Below, piece after piece: positions 1 through 9,797 of a stretch of 64,000 bases of DNA; within the stretch, counting starts at the first letter, position 1, and every line of letters begins with the position of its first letter. Both the position numbers and the translations under genes were made by a program. This stretch comes from OCS155 cluster bacterium AG-426-D23. GTDB lineage: Bacteria > Actinomycetota > Acidimicrobiia > Actinomarinales > Actinomarinaceae. The stretch spans positions 74,868 to 138,867 of the forward strand of contig QCNO01000002.1 of assembly GCA_003213165.1 (NCBI GenBank). The letters are read 5' to 3'. Under the pieces are notes generated by a model, which worked only from the letters and a program-made list of their open reading frames with translations, was not told the DNA's origin and searched no databases.

Positions 1-291
1 CCTAATCTAGAAAGATACTCCTGAAGCTCTTCTACATCCGAACCATAAATAACAGGGTTTGATAAAAAAAGAATCCTATCACCTAAAACATAACCATTAT
101 TTAATAATTCAAGCCACAAATGCTCTTTTGAAATATTTTTTGCAAGGTTATGATCCTCTATAAACAACTCCACAAAATTAATTAACTCTTCAATATTTTT
201 AGACCCAGAGTAACCACAGGAGTTTAGTTTTGTGGTTAAATCATCTAACTCTTCTGTTGAAAGTTCTTGTAAGTATTCTGTAAAATTTGAA

Positions 292-1206
292 TTAGTGGTC
301 AAGCCATCTCTCAACATCCATGGCTGCTTGACATCCGGTTCCAGCAGCAGTTATTGCTTGTCTATACAAAGAATCTGCTACATCACCAGCTGCAAATACA
401 CCAGGAACTGAAGTACTTGTTTCTGTTGTGAACCCAGTTTTTATGTAACCTTTTTCATCAAGCTCTAAAAGTCCATCTAAAAACTTTACATTTGGATCAT
501 GTCCTATAGCAACAAATACTCCATCAAGCTCTAGTTCATTTATTGATTCGTTTTTTACATCTTTCAACTCAATCGATGAAACACTTCCATCTCCATTAAT
601 CTTTTCAACAGTTTTGTTCCAAATAACTTCTATTTGTTCGTGGTTTAGTACTCTGTCTTGCATTATTTGGCTAGCTCTAAATTGGTCTCTTCTATGTATT
701 ACGTAAACTTTTGAAGCAAACTTGGTTAAAAACAAAGCCTCTTCCATTGCAGAATCACCGCCGCCAACAACTGCAACTGTCTTCTCCTTAAAGAAAAAAC
801 CATCACAAGTTGCGCAAGCAGAAACACCGTATCCTTGTAATTCTTCTTCACCCTCTACACCAAGCCATCTTGCTGATGCCCCTGAAGCGATAATTACTGA
901 TTTGAACAAGTATTCTCCTTTGGAACTTGTTAGCTTAAAGCCATTATCTAATTTTTCTATGGAATCTATTGTTTCTGTTTTAATTTGTGTTCCGAATCTT
1001 TCAGCCTGTCCTTTAAAGACTTGCATTAATTCAGGACCCATAATGCCATCAACGAAACCTGGATAATTTTCGACATCTGTGGTTAACATTAATTGACCTC
1101 CAGATTCTAAACCCTCAAAAAGCACCGGAGACAGGCTTGCTCTTCCTGCGTAAATTCCTGCAGTATATCCTGCGGGTCCAGAACCTATAATTGCTATATC
1201 ATCCAC
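292..1206 (-). CDS. trxB: thioredoxin-disulfide reductase
   Basis: 304-aa ORF; FAD GxGxxG (IIGSGPAGYTAG), redox-active CATC (SACATCDGFFF), NADPH site VVGGGDSAMEEA, C-terminal GVFAAGD. Confidence 0.95.
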   Translation of the reverse strand: MDDIAIIGSGPAGYTAGIYAGRASLSPVLFEGLESGGQLMLTTDVENYPGFVDGIMGPELMQVFKGQAERFGTQIKTETIDSIEKLDNGFKLTSSKGEYLFKSVIIASGASARWLGVEGEEELQGYGVSACATCDGFFFKEKTVAVVGGGDSAMEEALFLTKFASKVYVIHRRDQFRASQIMQDRVLNHEQIEVIWNKTVEKINGDGSVSSIELKDVKNESINELELDGVFVAIGHDPNVKFLDGLLELDEKGYIKTGFTTETSTSVPGVFAAGDVADSLYRQAITAAGTGCQAAMDVERWLDH

Positions 1207-1486
1207 TATTTTTTCTCCAATAATTTCTCAAAGACATAATTAGAAAGAGTAGTCCTATTGAGGCAAAAGCAAAGCCAGTTGGATTAATTCCAAGAAGCAA
1301 CCCCAGCCCTTGCATAATTTTTATTATCCCAATAATAAGAAACCCTAGAGCCATTAATAGTAAAACAACTAACATAAAGCCCATAGATGCAAATCCAGCA
1401 ACCCTTTTTATAGGTTTAACAACTAATCTCTTAATAGTCTCAATTAAACTTTCGACAGATTCTACAAAACTATCTTCTTGTTCCAT
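1199..1486 (-). CDS. small membrane protein, unknown function
   Basis: 95-aa ORF with two long hydrophobic segments; its 3' end overlaps the trxB start by 8 nt (coupled). Confidence 0.5.
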   Translation of the reverse strand: MEQEDSFVESVESLIETIKRLVVKPIKRVAGFASMGFMLVVLLLMALGFLIIGIIKIMQGLGLLLGINPTGFAFASIGLLFLIMSLRNYWRKNSG

Positions 1487-1533
1487 ATATCTAATATTAA
1501 GCGTTCAAAAATTATTCATGTAGTTCTAAATAT

Positions 1534-2232
1534 CTAACTAGCGTTTAAAATTGTAAAATTAGTTTTTGTTAACTCAAAGCCGTGTTTTACATAGAGGCTT
1601 TTTGCTGCCTTATTATTTTCTTGAGTATTTAACCTTATATTCGTGTACTTATTATCTTTAGCGAAACTAAGTACATTCTTAAGCAACTCAGAACCGTGTC
1701 CTTTGTTTTGATATCCTAAACTAATTCCAAATCGTTGTAGAAATGAAAAGTTTCTAGTCACACCTAAAATAGCATAACCAACAAGGAGATCTTCATCATA
1801 TTGTTTAAACAAATAATTTTGATTACAACTGTCTAGAGTTTCTATGAATGCAGCTTCAGAATTTTGCCAATAAGGATCAAATATAGATTTATCAAGGCTT
1901 ACCAACTCATTAATATTGTTTTTTGTAAAATTTTCAAAATTTTGAGATATTGCATTACTTAACTCTAAATTTCTTAAATTTACCGATAGGACATTTAATC
2001 TTTCCACCACACTCCACCCAGAAGCCAACCAAATATGTGTTTCATTTTCTTGAATCATTGATGAATTAAAATGCAGGCCTGTATTTTCAGCTTCTAGTTT
2101 TATTTTTTTAAGAAGACCTTTTCCACCATAAACTTTTTCGAAATAAATTATCGATGTGACATCGTTCCATTTTCTTGTTTTGTAACTACCAACCCAAGAA
2201 CTATGTTTGGTTTTTTCATTTGTTAAATACAT
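1534..2232 (-). CDS. GNAT-family N-acetyltransferase
   Basis: C-terminal acetyl-CoA motif region QRFGISLGYQNKGHGSELLKNVL ... LYVKHGFE. Confidence 0.7.
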   Translation of the reverse strand: MYLTNEKTKHSSWVGSYKTRKWNDVTSIIYFEKVYGGKGLLKKIKLEAENTGLHFNSSMIQENETHIWLASGWSVVERLNVLSVNLRNLELSNAISQNFENFTKNNINELVSLDKSIFDPYWQNSEAAFIETLDSCNQNYLFKQYDEDLLVGYAILGVTRNFSFLQRFGISLGYQNKGHGSELLKNVLSFAKDNKYTNIRLNTQENNKAAKSLYVKHGFELTKTNFTILNAS

Positions 2233-2641
2233 ATTTAAGTATTTTCTTATCTTCTTTGTGTGTTAGTAGATTTAAAGCTGTTTCATAATCAACTAAAGCA
2301 ACTTCTTCAATTTCATCATCAGGTTCGCTATCAAACGCTTTTAAAATATTCATTTTAAAGAACCAAACAGTTTTCTTTATCTTTTTTTTGTCAACAAATA
2401 TTTCATAGCGAGACTCAACCAATGGTTTCTCATCTGCCAACTCAACGATAAAACCCGTCTCTTCTATAACCTCTCTTTTTGCGGCATTTTTAGGTGCTTC
2501 TCCATCTTCTATGTGTCCTTTTGGAAAACCCCAGAATGATTTAGGGTTGTCGACATATTCATTTTTTCTATTTTTAACAAGAAGTATATTGTTATTTTCT
2601 AAAACAATCCCCCCAGCTGCAAAATCTACTTTTAAATTCAT
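2216..2641 (-). CDS. NUDIX hydrolase
   Basis: Nudix box GFPKGHIEDGEAPKNAAKREVIEETGF (GX5EX7REUXEEXGU). Confidence 0.9.
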   Translation of the reverse strand: MNLKVDFAAGGIVLENNNILLVKNRKNEYVDNPKSFWGFPKGHIEDGEAPKNAAKREVIEETGFIVELADEKPLVESRYEIFVDKKKIKKTVWFFKMNILKAFDSEPDDEIEEVALVDYETALNLLTHKEDKKILKYVFNK

Positions 2642-2678
2642 TGTTCTATTGTATCCACAGTTCTTCTAAGCTATCAAT

Positions 2679-4052
2679 ATGGTACCAATTACATTATTAA
2701 AATTAGTAGAGAATAATAGCTTTTTAAGTGTACTTTCTTCTCTGTATCACAGTAATGGTTTTGAGCTATATCTTGTTGGAGGAGCGGTGAGGGATGGAAT
2801 ACTAGATATTCCGACAGAGGATTTTGATTTTACAACTAACGCTACCCCAGAGGAGTCAATCAAATTGCTCAAAACAAACAACTACAAAACAACTGAGGTA
2901 GGTAGAAACTTTGGGACAATAGAACTTTATGACCAAAAAAATGTAGTACATATAACTACTTTTAGGAAAGACACTTACGAAACAGATTCAAGAAACCCCA
3001 AAATAGAAAATGCAACTGATCTTATAACAGACCTATCAAGAAGAGACTTTTCAATAAATTCAATTGCATATTCAATGGAAACCAATGAATTAATAGACCC
3101 GTTTTCAGGATTAAAAGATCTTGCATCTGGCACTATATCAACACCGGATGATCCAATTATCTCTTTTTCTGATGACCCTCTAAGAATGTTAAGAGTATGT
3201 AGATTTGTAAGCACACATGGATTTTCACCAGATAATGAAACCTATGTGGCAATGAAAGAAAACATAGAACGAATAAAAATAATAACAAAAGAAAGAATTA
3301 GAGATGAGATCAATAAGCTTTTAGTTGGCAAGAATCCGTCAGTAGGCATTCGAATTTTAGTCGAGAGCGGTCTGAGTTTGTATATTATTCCGGAAATAAA
3401 TGAACTCAAAATAGAAGTAGATCCAAAGCATCACCATAAAGACGTTTATGAACACACATTAGCTGTTTTAGATAGAGTACCTCCAAAACTCACTCTTAGA
3501 ATGGGAGCACTTCTACATGATATTGCTAAACCAAACACTAAAGGAATAGAAAATGGCAAAGTACACTTTAGGCACCACGAAGTCGTCGGTGCAAGGATGA
3601 CAAAAAAAATATTAAAAGGATTAAAATATGACAACAAAACGATTAAAGATATATCACTCCTTGTAGAACAGCACTTACGCCCCCATACCTTCAAAATGGG
3701 ATGGACAGATTCTGCAGTGAGAAGATATATTGTTGATGCTGGACATATGCTTGAGGATTTAAACCAACTAGTAAGGGCTGATGTAACTACAAAAAACAAA
3801 ACAAAAGCAAAAGAAATATATGACAATCTAGATGAAATGGAAAAAAGGATAGAAGAAGTTAAAGCTAAAGAAGAGCTTTCCAAAATTAGACCAGCTTTAT
3901 CTGGTGATGAGATTATGAAACATTTCAACATTCAACCTGGACCTAAAGTGGGAGTCATCATGAAAGCTCTGTACGAACAAAGAATTAACGACGGAGAGGT
4001 ATCCAAAGAAGAGGCTTTACAATTAGCTGAGGAAACATTTAAAAATTTATAA
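2679..4052 (+). CDS. cca: CCA-adding enzyme / poly(A) polymerase family nucleotidyltransferase with HD domain
   Basis: LVGGAVRDGILD, DFDFTT, RRDFSINS head motifs; HD region HHKDVYEHT...LLHDIAKP; divergent from the NUDIX gene. Confidence 0.9.
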   Translation: MVPITLLKLVENNSFLSVLSSLYHSNGFELYLVGGAVRDGILDIPTEDFDFTTNATPEESIKLLKTNNYKTTEVGRNFGTIELYDQKNVVHITTFRKDTYETDSRNPKIENATDLITDLSRRDFSINSIAYSMETNELIDPFSGLKDLASGTISTPDDPIISFSDDPLRMLRVCRFVSTHGFSPDNETYVAMKENIERIKIITKERIRDEINKLLVGKNPSVGIRILVESGLSLYIIPEINELKIEVDPKHHHKDVYEHTLAVLDRVPPKLTLRMGALLHDIAKPNTKGIENGKVHFRHHEVVGARMTKKILKGLKYDNKTIKDISLLVEQHLRPHTFKMGWTDSAVRRYIVDAGHMLEDLNQLVRADVTTKNKTKAKEIYDNLDEMEKRIEEVKAKEELSKIRPALSGDEIMKHFNIQPGPKVGVIMKALYEQRINDGEVSKEEALQLAEETFKNL

Positions 4053-4088
4053 TTGTATAAATATACAAATAAATGTATATTTATAAAT
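4053..4088. promoter_or_regulatory. two ARG-box-like palindromes overlapping a possible leaderless argR promoter
   Basis: TTGTATAAATATACAA (4053-4068) and ATGTATATTTATAAAT (4073-4088), 20-bp register; also reads as TTGTAT-17 nt-TATATT-7 nt-ATG(4089). Confidence 0.5.
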
Positions 4089-4550
4089 ATGACAAAAGCA
4101 ACTATTCAAAGACAAAAGCTCATAGCTAACTTTATTGATTCTGGAAATATTTCATCGCAGAATCAACTTAAAGGAATGCTTAAAAAAAATGGAACAATTA
4201 TTACTCAAGCTACATTATCAAGAGATTTAAACGAGCTCGGCGCCGTTAAGAAAAGATTAAAGAATGGTAAATTAGTTTACTTACTCCCAAAAAATCAAGA
4301 TAATAACGCACAGTACAAGATAGCTAAAAAAGCGCTTCAGGATTTTGTAACTGAAGTACAACCTGTTTCCAACCAAGTGGTTGTAAAGACTACTACTGCT
4401 GCTGCTCAGGTCATTGCAGAATCTATAGACAACCTATATCTTGAAGGAATTGTAGCTTCCCTTGCTGGTGATAATGTTGTTCTTGTTATTACAGCTGACC
4501 AAAAGAACGCAAAATTAGTAGCAAAATCAATAGAGGATTATATAGAATAA
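4089..4550 (+). CDS. argR: arginine repressor
   Basis: Winged-helix N-terminus (RQKLIANFIDSGNISSQNQL...ITQATLSRDLNELG) and C-terminal oligomerisation/Arg-binding domain (AGDNVVLVI). Start moved from 4053 to the ATG at 4089, since the upstream 12 codons are the AT-rich operator. Confidence 0.85.
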   Translation: MTKATIQRQKLIANFIDSGNISSQNQLKGMLKKNGTIITQATLSRDLNELGAVKKRLKNGKLVYLLPKNQDNNAQYKIAKKALQDFVTEVQPVSNQVVVKTTTAAAQVIAESIDNLYLEGIVASLAGDNVVLVITADQKNAKLVAKSIEDYIE

Positions 4551-4557
4551 TTACCCT

Positions 4558-5364
4558 ATGCTTTTATTTTCAGAATACGACAGAACTCTGAAAAATATTT
4601 CTATAAGCCAACCAATGGTGGATGTCGACATGGAAGATACAAATAGCCTCATTATCAGATATCCAAAATTTAAAAGAGTAACACATTTAATTCTCTCTTA
4701 CGACGCCCAGAATTTATTTTTAAAACAAAAAAACGGCTTTGGATACTTTATGGATCTTGAAACTACTCTTCAGGCGCAAGAAGATAACACTAATAATGGC
4801 TATTTCGTTATAGGTGTCACATCAAATTCAAGCAGGAAAATACAATACAACCCTTATCCAAGGGATGGTAAAACAAATTATGCCATAAAACATATAGATA
4901 ACATCATGAATGAATTCCTACCTCAAATTATTGGAGATTATGATGTTGACTATAACGAAGTCAAAAAAATTGTTTTAGGAAGTTCTATGGGGGGTCTCAT
5001 GTCATTCAAAACCTCAATACTGTATCCACAGTTTGATAATGTTATATCTTTTTCTCCTGCTTTTTGGTACGGGTATCCGGGAATTGAAGAAGACTTACAA
5101 TACCTGAGCCAAAATACTCTGTGCAACTTGTCAGTAGGCTCAGATGAAGGCGATATATTTGGTGATGAGGCAAGAAATATTTTTCCAAATGATTGGGATT
5201 TAGATTTTTCAAGCAATGATAATTTTTATATTTCTGGTGTAAGTAGAATCTTAGAAATTTTGAAACAGAGAAATGTTAAAACAAATTTTGTATTTCAGAA
5301 CTCAGGAAAACATAACGAAGAGACATGGAGTTATATTTTCAAGGAATTTTTGAAGTCCCTATAA
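4558..5364 (+). CDS. putative esterase (alpha/beta hydrolase)
   Basis: Nucleophile elbow LGSSMGGL, overall esterase-D-like layout. Confidence 0.55.
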   Translation: MLLFSEYDRTLKNISISQPMVDVDMEDTNSLIIRYPKFKRVTHLILSYDAQNLFLKQKNGFGYFMDLETTLQAQEDNTNNGYFVIGVTSNSSRKIQYNPYPRDGKTNYAIKHIDNIMNEFLPQIIGDYDVDYNEVKKIVLGSSMGGLMSFKTSILYPQFDNVISFSPAFWYGYPGIEEDLQYLSQNTLCNLSVGSDEGDIFGDEARNIFPNDWDLDFSSNDNFYISGVSRILEILKQRNVKTNFVFQNSGKHNEETWSYIFKEFLKSL

Positions 5365-5410
5365 AATTTATTGGCAAAAATAAGTTTGTTTAGATTAACC
5401 TTAAGTAGAT

Positions 5411-6832
5411 ATGAATAATGCAACAAATGCCAGAGAACGTTTAGCGAAAGTCATACAAAACGGAGCTGTTTTACTTCATGGAAATAGTGTTGTGTATAGA
5501 AATAATGACACATGGTATCCCTTCCGACAAGATTCAAATTTTCACTACTTAACAGCATGGCCAGAACAAGACGCACATGCAGTAATTATTATTAGGGATT
5601 CAAAATCTGAACTTCATTTGTTTGTACAGGATCGTAACGAAGAAATGGAAACATGGGAAGGAAGAAGATTGGGACAAGAAGGAGCACTAGATAAATTTGG
5701 TGCCATCAAAGCATACTCTTACAACAATTACCAAAATCAACTTCCTAAATTACTTGATGGAATTACAGATATATATTGTGATTACTCAAACTCTTCATTC
5801 AATAGATTTGATAAGAAAACATTGAATACTGCTGTTCCGTATGATCAACGTGGAGCTGACTTTAGTAAGGCAACACTCCATTCTCTTCAACCAGTAATTT
5901 CTGAATTAAGGCTTATTAAAGATGCTGGTGAATTAGATCTATTAACAAAAGCATGTGACATCACAGTTTTGGGTCATATTGAAGCAATGAAGTATGCAAA
6001 GCCTGATATGTTTGAATATCAAGTAGGGGCTCAAATGGAAAAAGTTTTTTTCGAACAAGGAGCTGAGAGATTGGGTTATCCATCTATCGTTGCAAGTGGG
6101 GATAATGCTTGTATTTTGCATTATTCAACAAATAGAGATCAAATTAAAAAGGGGACTTTATTACTCATTGATGCTGCTGCAGAATGTGGAATGTATTCCT
6201 CGGACGTTACAAGAACCTTTCCAGTTGGAACCAAATTTTCTCCTCCTCAAAAAGATGTATATAACGCAGTTCTTAAGTCACAAATTGAGGGAATAGAGGG
6301 AGTTGTTGAAGGAAATACTATGAAGAATGTCCACCAACAAACAATACTCTCTCTATCTGAGTCAATGGTTGATCTTGGATTAGTCCCGATGGGAGTTGAA
6401 GAGACTGTTTCAATGTTGCACTTCTTTGAATTTTTTATGCATGGCACAGGTCACTGGTTAGGTTTAGATGTACATGATGCTGGAAGTGGTGAATTTCAAG
6501 GTAAACCAAGAGAGTTTTCTGAGGGCATGGTAACTACTATCGAACCTGGCATTTACGTAAGACCAACAAAACCTGTAATCGAATTCCCACTACTGGAGAG
6601 AGATCCTGATGCAATAAGAGAGAGAAGAAAACACCTAGGCATGGAGGAAGCCACAAAGCTTGAACAAGAAGAAAAAGCAAATGCAAAAACCGTTTCGCAC
6701 GAAATTCCAAAAGATTTACTTGGTATTGGTGTAAGAATTGAAGATGATATAGTCTGTACAAAAAATGGGCCTTTGAATCTTACGGCAGATGCACCAAAAA
6801 CAATAGAAGAGATTGAAAATTTAATTAGTTAA
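5411..6832 (+). CDS. pepP: Xaa-Pro aminopeptidase (M24B)
   Basis: N-terminal AMP_N-like region; metal ligand motifs DAAAECGMYSSDVTRT, HGTGHWLGLDVHD, EPGIY, GVRIEDD. Confidence 0.9.
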   Translation: MNNATNARERLAKVIQNGAVLLHGNSVVYRNNDTWYPFRQDSNFHYLTAWPEQDAHAVIIIRDSKSELHLFVQDRNEEMETWEGRRLGQEGALDKFGAIKAYSYNNYQNQLPKLLDGITDIYCDYSNSSFNRFDKKTLNTAVPYDQRGADFSKATLHSLQPVISELRLIKDAGELDLLTKACDITVLGHIEAMKYAKPDMFEYQVGAQMEKVFFEQGAERLGYPSIVASGDNACILHYSTNRDQIKKGTLLLIDAAAECGMYSSDVTRTFPVGTKFSPPQKDVYNAVLKSQIEGIEGVVEGNTMKNVHQQTILSLSESMVDLGLVPMGVEETVSMLHFFEFFMHGTGHWLGLDVHDAGSGEFQGKPREFSEGMVTTIEPGIYVRPTKPVIEFPLLERDPDAIRERRKHLGMEEATKLEQEEKANAKTVSHEIPKDLLGIGVRIEDDIVCTKNGPLNLTADAPKTIEEIENLIS

Positions 6833-6834
6833 TC

Positions 6835-7605
6835 ATGAATTCGCCAAAATTAATTTATTCAATTTATGAAAATCGTCTGCAAAAATTGATTACAAAAGAA
6901 GATCTTCCAAAGCACATAGGTTTAATTCACGATGGTCACAGACGTTATGCTAGAAAAGAAGGCCTCCTTAGTTATGAGGTTTCTTATAAAATCGGAATGG
7001 AAAGACTTAAAGATTGTCTTCTATGGTGTGATGAAGCAGGCATCGGACATGTAACTAGTTGGTTACTGTCTAGAGAAAACTTAGCAAGACCAAATGAGGA
7101 GCTTGGTCCATATTTTGAGGTTTTAAATGAACTTTTTGAGGAGCTAATAATTGATGATGTTGTGGATAATTTTAAAATAACTTTTATAGGAAGTACCGAC
7201 CTTCTTCCACAAAAACTACAAGAAACTATTGAACGATTAAAAGAAGTTAGAGGCGGAGGTCAAAAATCATTAACCATAGCACTAGGATATGGTGGCAGAC
7301 AAGAGATTCTGGACGCCATAAAAAGTCTAATAGACGAGAACAGAAATAATGAAAATGACTTTGATGCTCTATTAGAAAATGTAACTGACGACCAATTAAG
7401 ACAGCATCTTTATTCACCTGAATCTCCAGATATAGACTTGATTATTAGAACTAGTGGAGAGTCAAGACTCTCAGGTTTTTTACTATGGCAAAGTGCTTAC
7501 TCTGAAGTAATTTTTCAAGATGTATATTGGCCAGAGTTTAGAAAGATTGATTTTCTTCGATGTCTTAGGGAATATACACAAAGAGAAAGAAGATTTGGAC
7601 AGTAA
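6835..7605 (+). CDS. uppS: isoprenyl transferase (cis-prenyl diphosphate synthase)
   Basis: HIGLIHDGHRRYA and DLIIRTSGESRLSGFLLWQSAYSE signatures. Confidence 0.92.
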   Translation: MNSPKLIYSIYENRLQKLITKEDLPKHIGLIHDGHRRYARKEGLLSYEVSYKIGMERLKDCLLWCDEAGIGHVTSWLLSRENLARPNEELGPYFEVLNELFEELIIDDVVDNFKITFIGSTDLLPQKLQETIERLKEVRGGGQKSLTIALGYGGRQEILDAIKSLIDENRNNENDFDALLENVTDDQLRQHLYSPESPDIDLIIRTSGESRLSGFLLWQSAYSEVIFQDVYWPEFRKIDFLRCLREYTQRERRFGQ

Positions 7606-7614
7606 AATATTGGT

Positions 7615-8178
7615 ATGAAATCACATACACCTCTAGCGAAATTTATCCACTGGAGTTTTTCAATTCTCTATGCATATGGAATATTTAAACAAGTAGGAGA
7701 TTTGTCAGAGCTTGAAGATCCAGCTTTGTTAAATTTCGAAATCTTATTTGCTGTTGCGTTTTTAGTTATTGTTTTCATCAGATATTTTTATATGAAAGAC
7801 ACTGAAACCTTGCTTGGTGCAAATATCGAAATTCGTAAAGGCCATTTGTTCATCGCAAAATCTGTACATAGGCTTGTATATTTTACTCTTGTAATGCTTC
7901 CACTGACTGGACTTTTGATTGCAGGACTCTTTTCCATAGGCGGTGGTGGGATTGAATTAGCAATAGGTTTACATGAATTTTCAGCCTTTTTAAGTTATGC
8001 GCTAATAGCTGTGCATGTTGGCGCTTCTTTTTACTCAAAGTTAAAAGGGGAAGGGATATGGAATGCTATGACCCCAGTTTGGAAAGAAAAAGAAAAGAAA
8101 GAATCAAAATTAATATCCTATTTAGAAAAAACTGAAGACAAAGTTTACGAAACAATTGAAAAAACTTTAAGGTTATAA
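7615..8178 (+). CDS. cytochrome b561-like four-helix membrane protein
   Basis: Four predicted TM helices carrying conserved-position His (IHWSF, VHRLVYF, LHEF, AVHVG). Confidence 0.5.
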   Translation: MKSHTPLAKFIHWSFSILYAYGIFKQVGDLSELEDPALLNFEILFAVAFLVIVFIRYFYMKDTETLLGANIEIRKGHLFIAKSVHRLVYFTLVMLPLTGLLIAGLFSIGGGGIELAIGLHEFSAFLSYALIAVHVGASFYSKLKGEGIWNAMTPVWKEKEKKESKLISYLEKTEDKVYETIEKTLRL

Positions 8179-8201
8179 AACACTTAGTCTAAAATCGATA
8201 C

Positions 8202-9464
8202 ATGCAAGATTTTCTAAATTCTACAAATTTTACCCAGATTTTTATTGCTCTTATTTTGATTAAGTTTTTACTAGAAACTTATTTAAAAATAAGAAACCTC
8301 AAATCTATTGACAACAACAAAGCCTCTGTACCGCCTAGATTTAAGGATGTTGTAACGGATGAGGAGTACAAAAAATCAATTCTTTACAATACAGATCGAA
8401 TCAAATTCCAGATATTTACTGCTTTATTTGGTTCAGTTGTTCTCGTCATTTTTACAATAGGGGGTTTGCTTAATTATTTAACAGAAGTTGTTATGGATAT
8501 AACTTCATCAAATGTCTTGGGAGCGGTACTTCTTGGATTACTTTTAATAATCGTTGAAGAAATAATTTCAATTCCGATATCAATATATTCAACTTTTGTG
8601 ATTGAAGAAAGACATGGTTTCAACAAAACAACAAAGAAAACATTTGTAACAGATATATTTAAAAGCCTTTTTATTTCTGGAGCAATATCTTCCATTCTTT
8701 ATGCAACTGTAATTTTTATTATTATTAGCGCAGGCGACCTGTGGTGGATTTATGCATTTGCGGCAGTCTTTACTTTACAAGCTATAATTTTCTTCTTATA
8801 TCCTGTATTAATAATGCCTTTGTTTAACAAATTTGAACCACTAGATGATGAACAGTTTAAAAAACCGATTGAAAAACTGTTAGAAAAAGTTGATTTTAAA
8901 TCAAAAGGTTTATTTGTGATGAATGCAAGCTTACGCAGCACACATGGCAATGCTTTTTTTACAGGATTTGGAAAAAATAAGAGAATTGTATTTTTTGATA
9001 CACTTTTGAAAACAATTAACCCTGATGAAATGGAAGCAATACTTGGTCACGAACTTGGTCACTATAAATTAGGACATATTCGCAAAACATTAATCAGCTC
9101 TCTAGTTTTTGGGTTTTTAGGATTTTATATTTTAAATGAAATATTTAAGAGCGATAATTTTTTCATAGCTCATGGATTGGAAAATTTAACAGTATATTCA
9201 AAGTTTTTAATGTTCTATTTAGTTATTGGTTCCTATACATTCTTCACTAAACCTATAACATCGGCTTTATCTAGGAAGAGGGAGTTTGAAGCAGATGACT
9301 TTTCTTTCCAATTTACAGATGGAGAACACATGATTTCTGGTTTGTTAAAACTTACTAAAGACAACGCTTCTAATTTAACCCCGGACCCACTTTACAGTTC
9401 GTATTATTACTCACACCCTCCAATAGCTGAAAGGGTCGCAAGTATAGAAAATAAGTTACAATAG
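8202..9464 (+). CDS. M48 (Ste24/HtpX-like) zinc metalloprotease
   Basis: Multi-TM N-terminus, HELGHYKLGH (HEXXH), downstream EFEADDFS glutamate. Confidence 0.85.
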   Translation: MQDFLNSTNFTQIFIALILIKFLLETYLKIRNLKSIDNNKASVPPRFKDVVTDEEYKKSILYNTDRIKFQIFTALFGSVVLVIFTIGGLLNYLTEVVMDITSSNVLGAVLLGLLLIIVEEIISIPISIYSTFVIEERHGFNKTTKKTFVTDIFKSLFISGAISSILYATVIFIIISAGDLWWIYAFAAVFTLQAIIFFLYPVLIMPLFNKFEPLDDEQFKKPIEKLLEKVDFKSKGLFVMNASLRSTHGNAFFTGFGKNKRIVFFDTLLKTINPDEMEAILGHELGHYKLGHIRKTLISSLVFGFLGFYILNEIFKSDNFFIAHGLENLTVYSKFLMFYLVIGSYTFFTKPITSALSRKREFEADDFSFQFTDGEHMISGLLKLTKDNASNLTPDPLYSSYYYSHPPIAERVASIENKLQ

Positions 9465-9473
9465 TACTAGACA

Positions 9474-9797
9474 ATGAGCACTGCAGATGAAATTAAAAAG
9501 CTAAATGAACTTCTTAGAGAAAGGGTTATATCTCAAGAAGAGTTTGACGCAGAAAAAGATAAACTTCTTAAAAAAAGTAGCCCATCAGAAAGTGACTCCC
9601 AATGGGTTGTAACTTTGCTTTTAGCATTTCTACTGGGAGTTATAGGAGCACACAGATTCTATGTCGGGAAAACAGGTACAGGAATATTAATGCTTCTAAC
9701 CTTTGGAGGCTTAGGAATATGGCTGTTAATAGATTTAATTCTTATTATTACAGGACAATTTACTAACAAAGCCGGAGAAAAAATAGCTAGAATTTAG
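9474..9797 (+). CDS. TM2-domain protein with SHOCT-like N-terminus
   Basis: EIKKLNELLRERVISQEEFDAEKDKLL then TM2 core LGVIGAHRFYVGKTGTGILMLLTFGGLGIWLLIDL. Confidence 0.75.
   Translation: MSTADEIKKLNELLRERVISQEEFDAEKDKLLKKSSPSESDSQWVVTLLLAFLLGVIGAHRFYVGKTGTGILMLLTFGGLGIWLLIDLILIITGQFTNKAGEKIARI

Noticed and set aside
1-291. Open minus-strand frame downstream of trxB running off the window edge (…NFTEYLQELSTEELDDLTTKLNSCGYSGSKNIEEL…).
   Set aside because: There is no ATG/GTG/TTG near its 5' end and no recognisable motif. It could be a real gene with an unusual start, but I cannot support it from this fragment.
722-1066. Antisense or embedded ORFs from the track. Examples: 722..1066, 2975..3214, 3446..3931, 10661..11011, 11619..11963, 13130..13456, 22315..22728, 24013..24366, 28060..28377, 43295..43639, 45368..45724, 57483..57797, 57974..58408, 59909..60216.
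   Set aside because: Each lies wholly inside, and antisense or out of frame to, a longer ORF with clear family motifs. They have low-complexity or odd composition and no SD, so I treat them as shadow ORFs.
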